A DNA stretch of 64,000 bases, from positions 2,914,001 to 2,978,000 of the forward strand of contig OZ176058.1 in the NCBI GenBank assembly GCA_964247055.1. Reading direction: 5' to 3'. The notes beneath the pieces are model-generated. The model was not told where the DNA came from, did no database searches, and saw only the letters and a program-made list of their open reading frames with translations. The stretch comes from Paragordius varius. Lineage: Eukaryota > Animalia > Nematomorpha. Of the stretch, positions 1 through 12,314 are shown in pieces. The position numbers and the translations under genes were made by a program. Within the stretch, counting starts at the first letter, position 1; every line of letters begins with the position of its first letter.

Positions 1-1446
1 ATCTATAATACAAATATAAGAAAATACAAAAATTACAAAAAAGTAATTTCATGCCGAATAGTAAATTATGGTTTGTTTCAAATTTATATCGCTAATACAA
101 CAGCAAATAAATGTATATTTAATTGAATTTTTTAAATTCTTTTTCACCATCAATCAAATTATTTAACACTCCCTTACCTTTTCGCTAGCTATATCGCATA
201 TTAATTTGAATTTTCGATATATTAAGAGGTGTTATAAGGTATTAAACAAAATTTAAAAATATGATTTTATACAAAGATTAATTCTTAAGAAATGTTAAAT
301 TTCAAAATCCTCACCTCAAAATTTTTCGTTATTTCAAATTTATATAAATCGCTATACAATGACAAAATATTATAATTAAAATATTATATTATGTACCTAG
401 TTTTCAAATTTCTTAAACAATTCGATTTCACCTTCGAACAATTAAAAATACACTAAAATAAATTATGTATTTTTTATACCTATATTTTTTTATATTTAAA
501 AATGAATTCACGTTCAATATAATACTGGAAAAATAATAAACTATGCCACAAGAATACATTTAATGGAGTTATATAGCCCGAAAACACATAATTTATTTTT
601 AGGGTGAATTTGAATTGTAAATGGTAATTAACTTTGATAGTGTAAAAAATATTTGCTTTTTTATCTGATAATAGGTTATATTTAATAATATTCTAATCTA
701 ATTAACTTTTAAACATTAGTTTATATACAAGATTGAGCTAGGATATAGAACTAATTTAATATTTTATCACGGACAAAAAGGGAAAAAGTCATGAAGGGTT
801 GTTAAAATATAATTTTCAATATCTTTGTTAAAAGTTATTCTTTCATATGATTGTTTAATTTATAAAAAAATTTGGGTGTAATGTTATAAAAAATCATTTC
901 TCATAAGCATCTCGACATATGCAATCCTCAACACTGCATGCAGACCTGTTTAGGAGTTTCAGTGAGTAGAGTTGATTGGGTTTTGACTTGATTGCTAATT
1001 TTAACCTTAAGACAATGACTAATATAAATGGCAACACAAAAACAGTCACTAGGATTAAAAAATACGTAATAAATTACGCTAAAAAATAAATTTATAAAGG
1101 TAAAATAGTTAATCAAAATATATTGTTTTTATTTTTAAAATATTATAATAATGAATGTAAATTAAACATTTTTTCTCAAACTCAAACAATGAAAATTATA
1201 AAAAAAACTAGGTATAAATTGGTTAGTCCTATTTAAAAATGATTGTCTTTTAGTGGTCATGGTTTGCATGTAGAATTCTGATTTTTACTATAATTGTGTA
1301 CAAATGTGAGACAATTAATAAATTTAAAAACTTATATATAATTAAGTGCGTTTAAAGTAAGTACAAAATTTAATATGAAACAACCAAGTGGGGTTTGTCA
1401 TGAGTGGAGGTAAGATTTTATAAACATCACAACCGTAATGAAGCAA

Positions 1447-1636
1447 TACAGTATGAGTAAGTATATATTGCTAGATAGTTATTAATAATATCCACGGATA
1501 TGAAAGAAATTTATTGTTGGCTATAATAGTATAAAGTGAAAAAAAAACTATAAACCAATATTAATGCCCTTTGTTGTGTATGCTATTTGGCAATTATTAA
1601 TAACTTTCTAGCAATGTATACTTACTCACACTATAC
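1447..1636. mobile_element. Small MITE with about 43-bp TIR
   Basis: TACAGTATGAGTAAGTATATATTGCTAGATAGTTATTAATAAT and its near-exact inverse ending at about 1636. Confidence 0.65.
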
Positions 1637-2751
1637 CTTGGTATTTATAATCAAAAAATAATATATATTAAAAAAAAAATTTAATTTTAACTTCATCACA
1701 CATATGCCCTTAATATGTTATCTACTTTTTGATGATTAAAAAAACTGATTCGGGAGAATTTACTATTCAACATTTTATTGATAATTCTTAATCACGTATT
1801 GGTTAATGGGCTTTAAATTTGACTGCAGAAGTTAAGTATAAGATACACGGTAAATATTTAAATTATACAGAGAAAACCTAAATTAAAGACATATATTATT
1901 AAAAGACAATCAGACTATTCAACCGTTTGACAATACATCACTTATTTTATACTTTGCAATCTAATTCAATGAGTTATAAATATTAAGTTAAAACAGTTTA
2001 GCGGTTTTGTGAAAAAATACTCATCTTTATGTTTAAGTTTTGTCTGTTTAATTTTAATTTTTACTGTAAAATATTCCTTAGTACTTTTAATTGTATACCC
2101 ACAAATTATATATTAAATAGATGGCATCCTATATTCTGCTTTAAAGTTAATTAATATAATGCTCAATTTTATTAATTATAATTTTTGGAAAAAGTCTTCG
2201 AAGCTAACAACTTTTCAACCTTTTAATTACCATTTAAATTTACAGTTTAAAAGCAACCGTAATTCTCACAGTGCGGTATCTATGCTTAACGTTTAGTGAG
2301 AAATATCCTTTACGGTTAATTAACAATTTTTGGCTAAAACGCGATATTTTTTAAAAATTAAATTTATTTTCTATATTACCCTTCTTATAACCCTAATTTT
2401 AATCATCTGAACCTTTTTTGTTTAAATTAAAAATTTTTAAATTATCTTCTTTATATATATATATATAACAAACCTAGATATTTATGCGTACCTATAATTA
2501 AAATTTTTAAACTTAATTAACCGGTATTTATGTATAGTTAGTTTTAATTCTATACTTTATAGAAACTACAAAACTAGTCTTATCTATTTTTAATTGACTC
2601 TAAAGTTAATATAGACCATTTATGCATAAATTGTATATTTACAATTTTATAATTGAGTTAAAATTTACATTTTAATTTTTTATAATCAAAAAACTAAGGT
2701 TTTAAATCCATGTATGTGGCTTGCTTGAATTAAAATTTTACAGTAAAAATT

Positions 2752-2797
<46 letters not shown>

Positions 2798-3452
2798 GCA
2801 AAATGTAATAACAAAACAATTTTGTTATAAAAAACGACGCCATACTATTCTAACGCCTTGACTGATATCAGTTGCGGTAAAAATTATAGAGAAAGTGTTT
2901 AATTAAATGACGAATATTTCTAAAGATAAACCATATTTTTTAAACTTGATTTCTTTAACTATAACATTAATTTGGATTGCAAAATAAAAAGAGGTAAGTT
3001 ACCAAAATATAATAACTCAATTAAATAGTTATTTGGAAAAAATCAAGCTTTGAAATATGGTGCTTTTTTATATAAAATATTTGTCTTTAATATTATACGT
3101 ATATATAAATTTTACTGTTAATTATCGCCTTCCTGGGTGCAATAATAAAATTAAAAAATTCAAATTTGTAAACTTAAATCTAAATAACATTTGAGATAAC
3201 TTCATTAATTTTTGTGGTATTTTAACTGAGGGCTAAAAAATTCCATTTTATGGCCTTTAAAAGTGAAAAATGTTGGTAACCTTCTTTTATCATAAGTATG
3301 CATTATATTGCTTAATATTGATATTAAATTTAAGCTTAAATTTTAAAAAAAAGAAAGTTTACTTTTTTAAAAATAGTTAATTGAAATTTACAGTAAAAAT
3401 CGAAATTATACGGACAGCATATATACAAAGACAATATTTTTTTCAATATACA

Positions 3453-3575
3453 GTGATGGTATAGTAGGTAGGGAGACTCTTATATTGCGTGGCAGAGTTC
3501 GTACCCATAGGCAATTTTTCTCATCAACATTGTCAGTCCGAGCGTCCGAATCAATTTAAGTCCTAGCCTTTAACA
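3453..3575 (+). mobile_element. tRNA-derived SINE, internally deleted copy
   Basis: A-box-like TGGTATAGTAGG and B-box-like GAGTTCGTACC. The body matches the copy at 41105-41260. Confidence 0.6.
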
Positions 3576-3687
3576 AAAAAAACCTATAAACTGTATATGC
3601 ATTTTACATTTAATTCTTGATTATTTCAATATAAATCATTGTTTAAAAATGCAAAATATGGAATAGAGATGTGTATTACTAACATAA

Positions 3688-6369
3688 TCTATATATTTAT
3701 AAAAATGTAAAATGCTGGCTTTGTGATCTGGTACAGGAAAACCGGTAGACCCAATCGAATCCAAATATCGAAAAAATATAATCATTAATAAATGTCCCGA
3801 CAATAGCTTCGCCCTTTTTTTGAAATAGGCCCCCAGTTCGGGCCCACCCCGTATGAAAAACGGGTTTTTTTTGAAAACAGAAGTCCACAAAATCGTGTTT
3901 TTGAGACAATTTTCCGGAGAACGTGTTGGACCATTTAATTTTAAATATGATTTTTGTTTACTTATTTTCGATTGCGCTGAACATAGCCGAGCCACTTTTT
4001 TGATTTAGGCCCTCTTTTTACCCGCTCCCCCCGTGAAATGCCACCTTTTTCAAAAAACAAAGTCCACAAAAATAATTTTTTAAATCGATTTTTCGCCCTA
4101 GGTATGAGACCGTAAAAATTCAATAAAGATTCCACGTATTCCCTGTTAAAAGGCAAAAATTCTAGTCTACCGTTTATTTGATGATAGCTGCTGGGTAAGG
4201 AGCTACCCGCTAAAAACTGATTTTTCATATAACTTTGTGATCTGTTTCCGGAAAACCGGTGAACCCAATCAAATCCAAACATCGAAAAAATTTAATCATT
4301 AATGAATGCCCCGACAATAGCTTCACCCTTTTTTGGAATTAGGTCCCCAGTTTGGGCCCACCCCGTGTGAAAAATGGGTTAAGTCAATTTTTTGGAGAAC
4401 GTGTTGGACCATTCAATTTCAAATATAATTTTTGTTTACTTATTTTCGATTGCGCCGAACATAGTCGAGTCACTTTTTTGATTTAGGCCCTCTTTTTACC
4501 CGCTCCCCCCGTGAAATGCCACCTTTTTCAAAAAACAAAGTCCACAAAAATAATTTTTTAAATCGATTTTTCGCCCTAGGTATGAGACCGTAAAAATTCA
4601 ATAAAGATTCCACGTATTCCCTGTTAAAAGGCAAAAATTTTAGTCTACCGTTTATTTGATGATAGCTGCTGGGTAAGGAGCTACCCGCTAAAAACTGATT
4701 TTTCATATAACTTTATGATCTGTTTCCGGAAAACCGGTGAACCCAATCAAATCCAAACATCGAAAAAATTTAATCATTAATGAATGCCCCGACAATAGCT
4801 TCACCCTTTTTTGGAATTAGGTCCCCAGTTTGGGCCCACCCCGTGTGAAAAATGGGTTAAGTCAATTTTTTGGAGAACGTGTTGGACCATTCAATTTCAA
4901 ATATAATTTTTGTTTACTTATTTTCGATTGCGCCGAACATAGTCGAGTCACTTTTTTGATTTAGGCCCTCTTTTTACCCGCTCCCCCCGTAAAATGCCAT
5001 TTTTTTCAAAAAAAACAAAGTCCACAAAAATATTTTTTTAAATCGATTTTTCGCCCTAGGTATGAGACCGTAAAAATTCAATAAAGATTCCACGTATTCC
5101 CTGTTAAAAGGCAAAAATTTTAGTCTACCGTTTATTTGATGATAGCTGCTGGGTAAGGAGCTACCCGCTAAAAACTGATTTTTCATATAACTTTATGATC
5201 TGTTTCCGGAAAACCGGTGAACCCAATCAAATCCAAACATCGAAAAAATTTAATCATTAATGAATGCCCCGACAATAGCTTCACCCTTTTTTGGAATTAG
5301 GTCCCCAGTTTGGGCCCACCCCGTGTGAAAAATGGGTTAAGTCAATTTTTTGGAGAACGTGTTGGACCATTCAATTTCAAATATAATTTTTGTTTACTTA
5401 TTTTCGATTGCGCCGAACATAGTCGAGTCACTTTTTTGATTTAGGCCCTCTTTTTACCCGCTCCCCCCGTAAAATGCCATTTTTTTCAAAAAAAACAAAG
5501 TCCACAAAAATATTTTTTTGATTGTATTTTTTTGCCCACGGTATGAGACTGTAAAAATTCGAGAAAGATTTTTCGTATTGCCTGTTAAAAGGCAAAGATT
5601 TTAGTCAAGCGTTTCTTTGATGATAGATGCTGAGTAAGGAGTATCTATCATATGTATAGCATGTTAAAAGATATATGGATATTAATACATTATTTATGGT
5701 AATCTATATATTTATAAAAATGGAAAATGCTGGCTTTGTGATCTGGTACAGGAAAACCGGTAGACCCAATCGAATCCAAATATCGAAAAAATATAATCAT
5801 TAATAAATGTCCCGACAATAGCTTCGCCCTTTTTTTGAAATAGGCCCCCAGTTCGGGCCCACCCCGTATGAAAAACGGGTTTTTTTTGAAAACAGAAGTC
5901 CACAAAATCGTGTTTTTGAGACAATTTTCCGGAGAACGTGTTGGACCATTTAATTTTAAATATGATTTTTGTTTACTTATTTTCGATTGCGCTGAACATA
6001 GCCAAGCCACTTTTTTGATTTAGGCCCTCTTTTTACCCGCTCCCCCCGTGAAATGCCACCTTTTTCAAAAAACAAAGTCCACAAAAATAATTTTTTAAAT
6101 CGATTTTTCGCCCTAGGTATGAGACCGTAAAAATTCAATAAAGATTCCACGTATTCCCTGTTAAAAGGCAAAAATTCTAGTCTACCGTTTATTTGATGAT
6201 AGCTGCTGGGTAAGGAGCTACCCGCTAAAAACTGATTTTTCATATAACTTTGTGATCTGTTTCCGGAAAACCGGTAGACCCATTCAAATCCAAACTTCGA
6301 ACCCACCCCCCCTCCCCAGAAGTCCGAAGGACTTCCTCGGGCTGCGTAGCAGCACGAGATTTACGCTAG
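3688..6369 (+). mobile_element. Non-autonomous Helitron pair/composite with internal tandem array
   Basis: Helitron-type 5' ends A|TCTATATATTTATAAAAATG at 3688 and 5703. The 3' end has hairpins GAAGTCC-GAA-GGACTTC and CTCGgGCTGC-GTA-GCAGCaCGAG followed by CTAG|T at 6366-6369. No RepHel ORF. Confidence 0.8.
3720..6300 (+). repeat. Tandem array of 478-514 bp units inside the Helitron
   Basis: Unit starts (TTT[G/A]TGATCTG) at 3720, 4234, 4712, 5192, 5735 and 6249. Units are near-identical, which explains the repeated MKNQFLAGSS ORFs in the track. Confidence 0.9.
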
Positions 6370-7810
6370 TTATTTATATATTTTACAATTGTAATTAAAT
6401 AACTTATACGAAAAAAATAAGGTATAAAAAGGTATATTCCCCTTAAAAGAACTATTTCCCATTATATTTTCACATTTTGTCCATATATATTATTTTAACT
6501 CTATAAATATCGATAAAATTCACTCGTCATGAATACTTAAAAATTGAAATTATACTGAACAACGTAAAAATTTAAAGACAAATATTTTTTAAAAGACAAC
6601 CATATTTAAAATTTGATTATCTTAAAATTAAATTATCGTTTTGGGTTAAAAATTACAAATGCATAGTTTTTGTGTGGAAAATGAAGTTTGAATGTAAGGC
6701 CAGCTTTAAAATATTCTTCTTTATTTTTTTATACTTCCGATTAATTCGATTTTTTACTGTTTATACTAAAAAATCAAATATTTGAATTGAGCCTTTATAT
6801 TTGAATTCTCAAAATATAAATAAATAATATATCAGGTGATTGTAGGGTATCCATAAATGATAGTTTAAAAAATTAAAAGTATTTGTTTTTAATTAAAAGT
6901 TTCGTTTTATTTTTATATTTGCTGAAATTTATCGGTAAATATAATTTAGGAAAAAAAGATATCGTAAGTCTGTTAATAAAAAAACGCCATTTTTGGCTAG
7001 AGATCGTATATTCCTAATCCACTCAAAACACACTTGTTAAATTTATATTTAACAGGTAAAAGCGATTTCTAATAACAAAGCATTTTTCAAAAAAGACATT
7101 CATATTTTTTAAACAATTATTTATATAATATAACCTAGGCTGCAAAATAAGAAATAGAGATATAAATTGATCACACTCGCAGTTGCACATTTAACTTATC
7201 AAGGTTCAAAAGATTGACTCCTTAGTGTATTTGTCTTTTATTACGTTTTGTGCATTTTTGAATAATTGTGATTGTAAAACAACTTTATTAAAATAACTAA
7301 CTGAGCATATTGGTAAATTAGATTAATATCATTTTCTTAATTATTATTTCAATATTCCTCATCAACATTAATACACAGTATATAAGGTATTTGATTTGAC
7401 CAAGAAAGCAATATCACCAGGAAAACTTGCCAAAATATTGGCTTTTTAGCGCGATCTGAAGTAGGTGATATTATTCCAAATAAAGTATTTCGAACGTTTA
7501 CAGAACAAATTGGTTTTGGGTTTGTAACTTAGGAATCGAGATATAAATTTTTAATAACAAGCTTTATTGTATTTTATAAATTCGAATGATATATGATTAT
7601 ATATTTGATGGAATTTTACATTTTAAAATAACTACAAATTCAAACATTGCCTTTAAATGCGATTAACTCTTACTTGATAAAATCTTTAGACAAGAAAATT
7701 AAATAACGTTATATTTAATAAATTTATTATTTCATTTAAATATGTATGTTATTTTCAATAAATTTTATTATTTTAATAATATAATTATCTAATTGCATTA
7801 ATATCCAATA

Positions 7811-9848
7811 GTAGTTGACCCTGCCACGCTTCGCTGTGACTTACATCGATAATTATTCTTAATTTTGTAAAAAATAGAGGTAATGGTGATAAAAAAAATA
7901 ATTAAAAAGATATTTAATAAAAAGAATGTATTTAATTATTATTCTTTTACGGCTTTTTGCATTAGCTGATATATTGACTCGAAATTGACCATGTTTAAAC
8001 TGTTTCCTATTAAGGTTAATATTCAACTATAAAAAAATTTATTTTAAGATTTTCGTTTAATGAAATCATGGTTAAAGTTTATTTTAAAATTGTGTTCACA
8101 CAGCTGGGATTTAGGGATAAGTAAATAATGTGTGGTTTCTTTTTGAAGAAAGTAATATTATACAAACTCCATGTGTTTGACTGAACTTGTATGGCTTCTT
8201 AAGTTTTATGAAAATTAGCGCCCCATTTTTGTATGGTGTCTCAGTTTTAAACCGGTAGACCCCTAATCATAGACCCATATGGAAAAAGCGCTGAATTAAA
8301 TTCTTTGCCTTTATAGGGAAAATATTTGGAATCATCTTTGATACCATCGTTTCATAGGTTATTTGAAAAAATACCTCAACACAAAATAATCGTTGTATGA
8401 TGGCGTATTTTCAAGGCATAAAGGCCCCAAATTAACGGCCAATAAAAAAACACTAACCTTAATTTTTACCTAGTTACGGGTAATATTTCAAGCTTTTAAT
8501 CAGCTCATATAGCTTCATAAATTTTCTGTAAATTAGCTTCAAAGATACGCTATTTCGATATAGTGGTGGCGGTTAGCTCCTTACCCAGGGGCAGATATAA
8601 AAAAGCGATGGGCTTTATTTGCCTTTATATGGGGAATATCTGCAATAATTATGGATTCCATATGTTCCTATCCTCATAGGTTTTCTGGAATTTGGCTCCA
8701 AAAGCATGCTATATCGATATGGGACACAGTTCTACGCGGGTCCACTAACCAGGGGGGAGTCAAAAAACGCTCGATTAAAATTTTTGCCTTAATTCGGGTA
8801 ATACCTGGAATCATGATTGATACCATATGCTCTCGTGGGATTTTCGAAAAATTGCCTTAAAATTAAAAAGTCATTCTTTGGTGAGGGCAAGGGCCTAATT
8901 AATGAGTAATGTAAAAAAACCGCTTTCCCTAAATTTTTGCCTTTTTACGGGTAATATTTCTAGCCCTAATTAAACTCAGATGGCCTGATAAGTTTTTTTT
9001 AAATTCGCCTCCAGAGTCACGTTGTATCAATATGGTGGCGCAGTTGTTAGCGGGTAGCTTCCTACCCAGAGGCTGGTACAAAAAAGCGCTTGATTAAAAG
9101 TTTGCTTTTTTACGGAGAATACCTGGAATCATGATTGATTTTATATGCTCTCATTGGGTTTCGGAAAAATTGCCTCAAAACTAAAAAATCATTCAATGGT
9201 GGCGCATTTTTCAGGGCGTGAAGGGCTTAGTTAACGGCTAATTTTAAAAAATCCCACTACCTAAATTTTTGCCTTGTTAAGTGTAATATTTTAAGTACCT
9301 ATTAAACTCATATGGCCTGATAGGTTCTCTGAAATTTAGCCCCAAAGCCACATTTCGATATGACGGGGCATTTTTTAGCGGGTATCTTCTTACACAGCAG
9401 CCAATATAAAAAACGCACCACTAAAATTTTGCCTTTTAACAAGGAATACATGGAATCCTCATTAAATTTTTACGGTCTTATATCTTGGGAGAAAAATGGA
9501 TTCAAAAATTATTTTTCTGGACTTATTTTTTTTTGAAAAAATGGCATTTTACGGGGGGAGGGTGTAAAAAGAGGGCTTAAATTAAAAAAGTGAGCGGACT
9601 ATGTTGGGCGCAATCGAAAAAAAGTAAAAAAAAATCATATTTGAAATCCACGTTTTCCGGAAAATTGTCTCAAAGACACGATATGGACTTCTGTTTTTAA
9701 AAAACCCCATTTTTCACACGGGGTGGGCCCTAACTGGGGGTCTAATTAAATTAAAGGGCGGAGCTATTGTCGGGGCATTTCGGATTAATGGATCTACCGG
9801 TTTTCACAGATCAAAAGCCAGCATTTTCCATTTTTATAAATATATAGA
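7811..9848 (-). mobile_element. Older Helitron of the same family, inverted, with about 160-bp diverged subrepeats
   Basis: The reverse complement at 9848 reproduces the 5' end TCTATATATTTATAAAAATGGAAAATGCTGGC. 9430-9848 aligns with the unit above. A candidate 3' end CACAGCGAAGCGTGG hairpin + CTAC|T lies at 7811; its link to this copy is inferred. Confidence 0.65.
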
Positions 9849-10537
9849 TTTGAATTATTTTAATAATATAAATTAATAGTTTATAAAGGAAAAATGGTGA
9901 TTTAAGAATATTGTCTCTAAGTACATTTTGTTTGTATAATTTTAATATTTACTCTAAGTGGTAAAACATCCAATTCAACTTATTTGTCTGTTTACAATAA
10001 AAAAAAATTTACAAAATTTTAATATATATTTTGACTTAAATTTATGTGCCAAGCAAATTACATTGAAAAATAAATCATTTCGAACTCGGTGTAAATTTTT
10101 TAAAAAGAAATCATTTGCTCAAATAACTAACTACACATAAATCTTGTTAAACAAACAAGGCTATTCTAATTCCAATTTTACAGGGCTACGGTCATAATAT
10201 ATAAAATTATTTGGTGTTAAAAATTAATAATATACAGACAAAATGTAATAGAAAAATATTTTTTTTAAGAGACAGCCATACTTTTTCTATATAATTACAA
10301 TTTTTAAATTTTTGAACTTTTTAACAATTTACATTTCCTTCTACTATTTTATCCAAAATAATCAGTTTTAAATTAAAAAAACATTTGTTTAACGTTTGTC
10401 TGCATAATAAATTTTATACATTTTATTGAAGAGAATATGATTTTTATACATTTTATTGAAAAGAATATGATTTTTATACATTAAAATAATTAAAGTATTT
10501 GTATCACATTCAAAATAAATTCTGTTTGGGTGTTTGT

Positions 10538-10784
10538 TAGAGGCGTAGCCAGAGGGGGAAGGAGGCCATAGTTGAAAGGGCGTCGTATTTTAAATTTTTA
10601 ATTTAATTACAAAAAATATGTAATTAAAAGTTATTGTTTTAAATAATATATATAAAAATCATCCATTTATGAGTGGTCATGACCACGGTTTGAATTTGAT
10701 TCATTTTTAAAATGCAAATCGTTGTGTAGAGGGAAAGGGAATTACGGAATGTCCCGGGCGCCCGAAATGCAAGCCACGCCTCTG
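10538..10784. mobile_element. MITE with AGAGGCGTAGC / GCCACGCCTCT inverted ends
   Basis: GC-rich inverted termini; no target-site duplication resolved. Confidence 0.5.
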
Positions 10785-11163
10785 TGCGTGGATATTCACT
10801 TTGTGCTTATAGTAATTCATTTGCTTATACATTGTGTTTACTTTTAATTAACTAACTTTTTAAAATTATTTATTAATTTTTAAATTACTAAAAATTGGTT
10901 CTATACGTGACTAGTATGGTTGAACAAAACTCCGGGAAACTTGGGCGTAAGATATTAAAATAAATAAAAAAACCGTAATAGCAAAGGATAATAGGCAAGC
11001 ATTCCTGTTAAACATTCTGGGTGTCACTGAAACCTTTAAAAAAGCAGTGGTATTTTAATAGTAAACATATACCTTAATTTTCCATATTTATAAATCAACC
11101 ATCTATTTAATATGAGGAGTCATTTTAATATTAACTAAACAAATATTAAAGTCAAACCTTTAT

Positions 11164-11563
11164 TATACCATTTACAGTTCAAATTCACCCTTGAACAATT
11201 CAAATTCACCCTCGAACAATTCAAATTCACCCTTGAACAATTCGAATTCACCCTCGAACAATTCAAATTCACCCTAATAATAAATTATGTGTTTTCGAAC
11301 TAATATAACTCATTATTAATATAAAATATATCTTTATGACATAATTAATTATTTTTTTCAGTATTATTTCAATTTAAAACAAATTTTTATTTTTTAAAAA
11401 TATATTAAAATATAGGTAATTTTTAATCTTAAAAAACATGTTATTAATTTGAGGGTGAATTTGAATTGTTCGAGGGTGAATTTGAATTGTTCGAGGGTGA
11501 ATTTGAATTGTTCAAGGGTGAATTTGAATTGTTTAAGGGTGAATTTGAACTGTAGATGGTATA
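11164..11563. mobile_element. Foldback-like MITE with TIRs built of five 21-bp subrepeats
   Basis: TATACCATTTACAG + 5x TTCAAATTCACCCT(C/T)GAACAA at the left, mirrored at the right. Degenerate copies at about 410-630 and 35075-35345. Confidence 0.85.
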
Positions 11564-11714
11564 TTTTAGCTCTATAATAACAACGTTTTATTTAGCAAAA
11601 CAAAGGTTTTTTTTATTTATTAATTCATTTGATTAGAGAATTGGGCTGATAATTTTTTTTACATGTAAGAGACTGAAAATTAACTGGTGCGTATATAAAT
11701 TGTAACTTTCAACA

Positions 11715-11930
11715 TAGGAGTGTTCAACATACAGCCCGTAGAAATTTTTTACACAAAATTTCAAATAAAAGTAACTTAAACAAATTTTATAAATCTTTCC
11801 AAATTTTGGCAATTAAGTAGCCGAAATTGTTAAAAAAATAGTAAATGTTACCTCCCATATGTTTGCGAATGCCCGTCGGATTTTTATTCAAAAATGCGGC
11901 CCGCAAAGTCATTTGGGTTGAACAACCCTG
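11715..11930. mobile_element. hAT-like MITE
   Basis: TIR TAGGAGTGTTCAAC / GTTGAACAACCCTG, internal ATGCGGCCCGC, and similar flanks (CTTTCAACA / CTTTAACA). Related fragments at about 24855-24930 and 55915-56180. Confidence 0.6.
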
Positions 11931-12314
11931 CTTTAACACATACCAAACCATCCCAATTGGTTCATCTTTTGTTAATATTTAGTTTTTCGCAATATTAATA
12001 ATTTATTTGCTTCAGAAATATCTAATAAAGTTTGTTTGTTACGAAGCTCTCTTATTTTAAAGACGTATTTTACAGATGGTGTAGAAATTTCATGATTCGG
12101 GCATTAACATTACATAAGCCCATGTCATATACAATTTATTTATTGTCTATTTCGCATAACCACGAATCTAATCTGTAAAAATGGTCAATTTTCTATATGA
12201 GAAATAATAAAGACAAAACGTAAAAACTAAAAGACTTATTAAAAAAACATACATTCTTTTTAAGTCCTGATTTTTCTTACAAATTCTAAAATATTTTTTT
12301 AAAACACTGAATTT

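Noticed and set aside
914-1410. Exon-like pieces around a 50-nt GTGAGT...CTAAT...AG intron (962-1011) and ATG AGT GGA G|gtaaga near 1400
   Set aside because: Splice signals look plausible, but no continuous or recognisable protein could be assembled.
3720-6300. Array read as CRISPR or as a coding repeat gene
   Set aside because: Units are about 480-514 bp with no unique spacers, in a eukaryotic context with Helitron termini.
3636-6306. Repeated minus-strand ORFs (MKNQFLAGSS..., MARLCSAQ..., MSQKHDF...)
   Set aside because: They are by-products of the Helitron tandem units, overlap in several frames, show no domain and have variable starts.
7381-7520. Protein-like stretch VFDLTKKAISPGKLAKILAF / ARSEVGDIIPNKVFRTF
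   Set aside because: It needs a frameshift, has no splice partners and no recognisable family.
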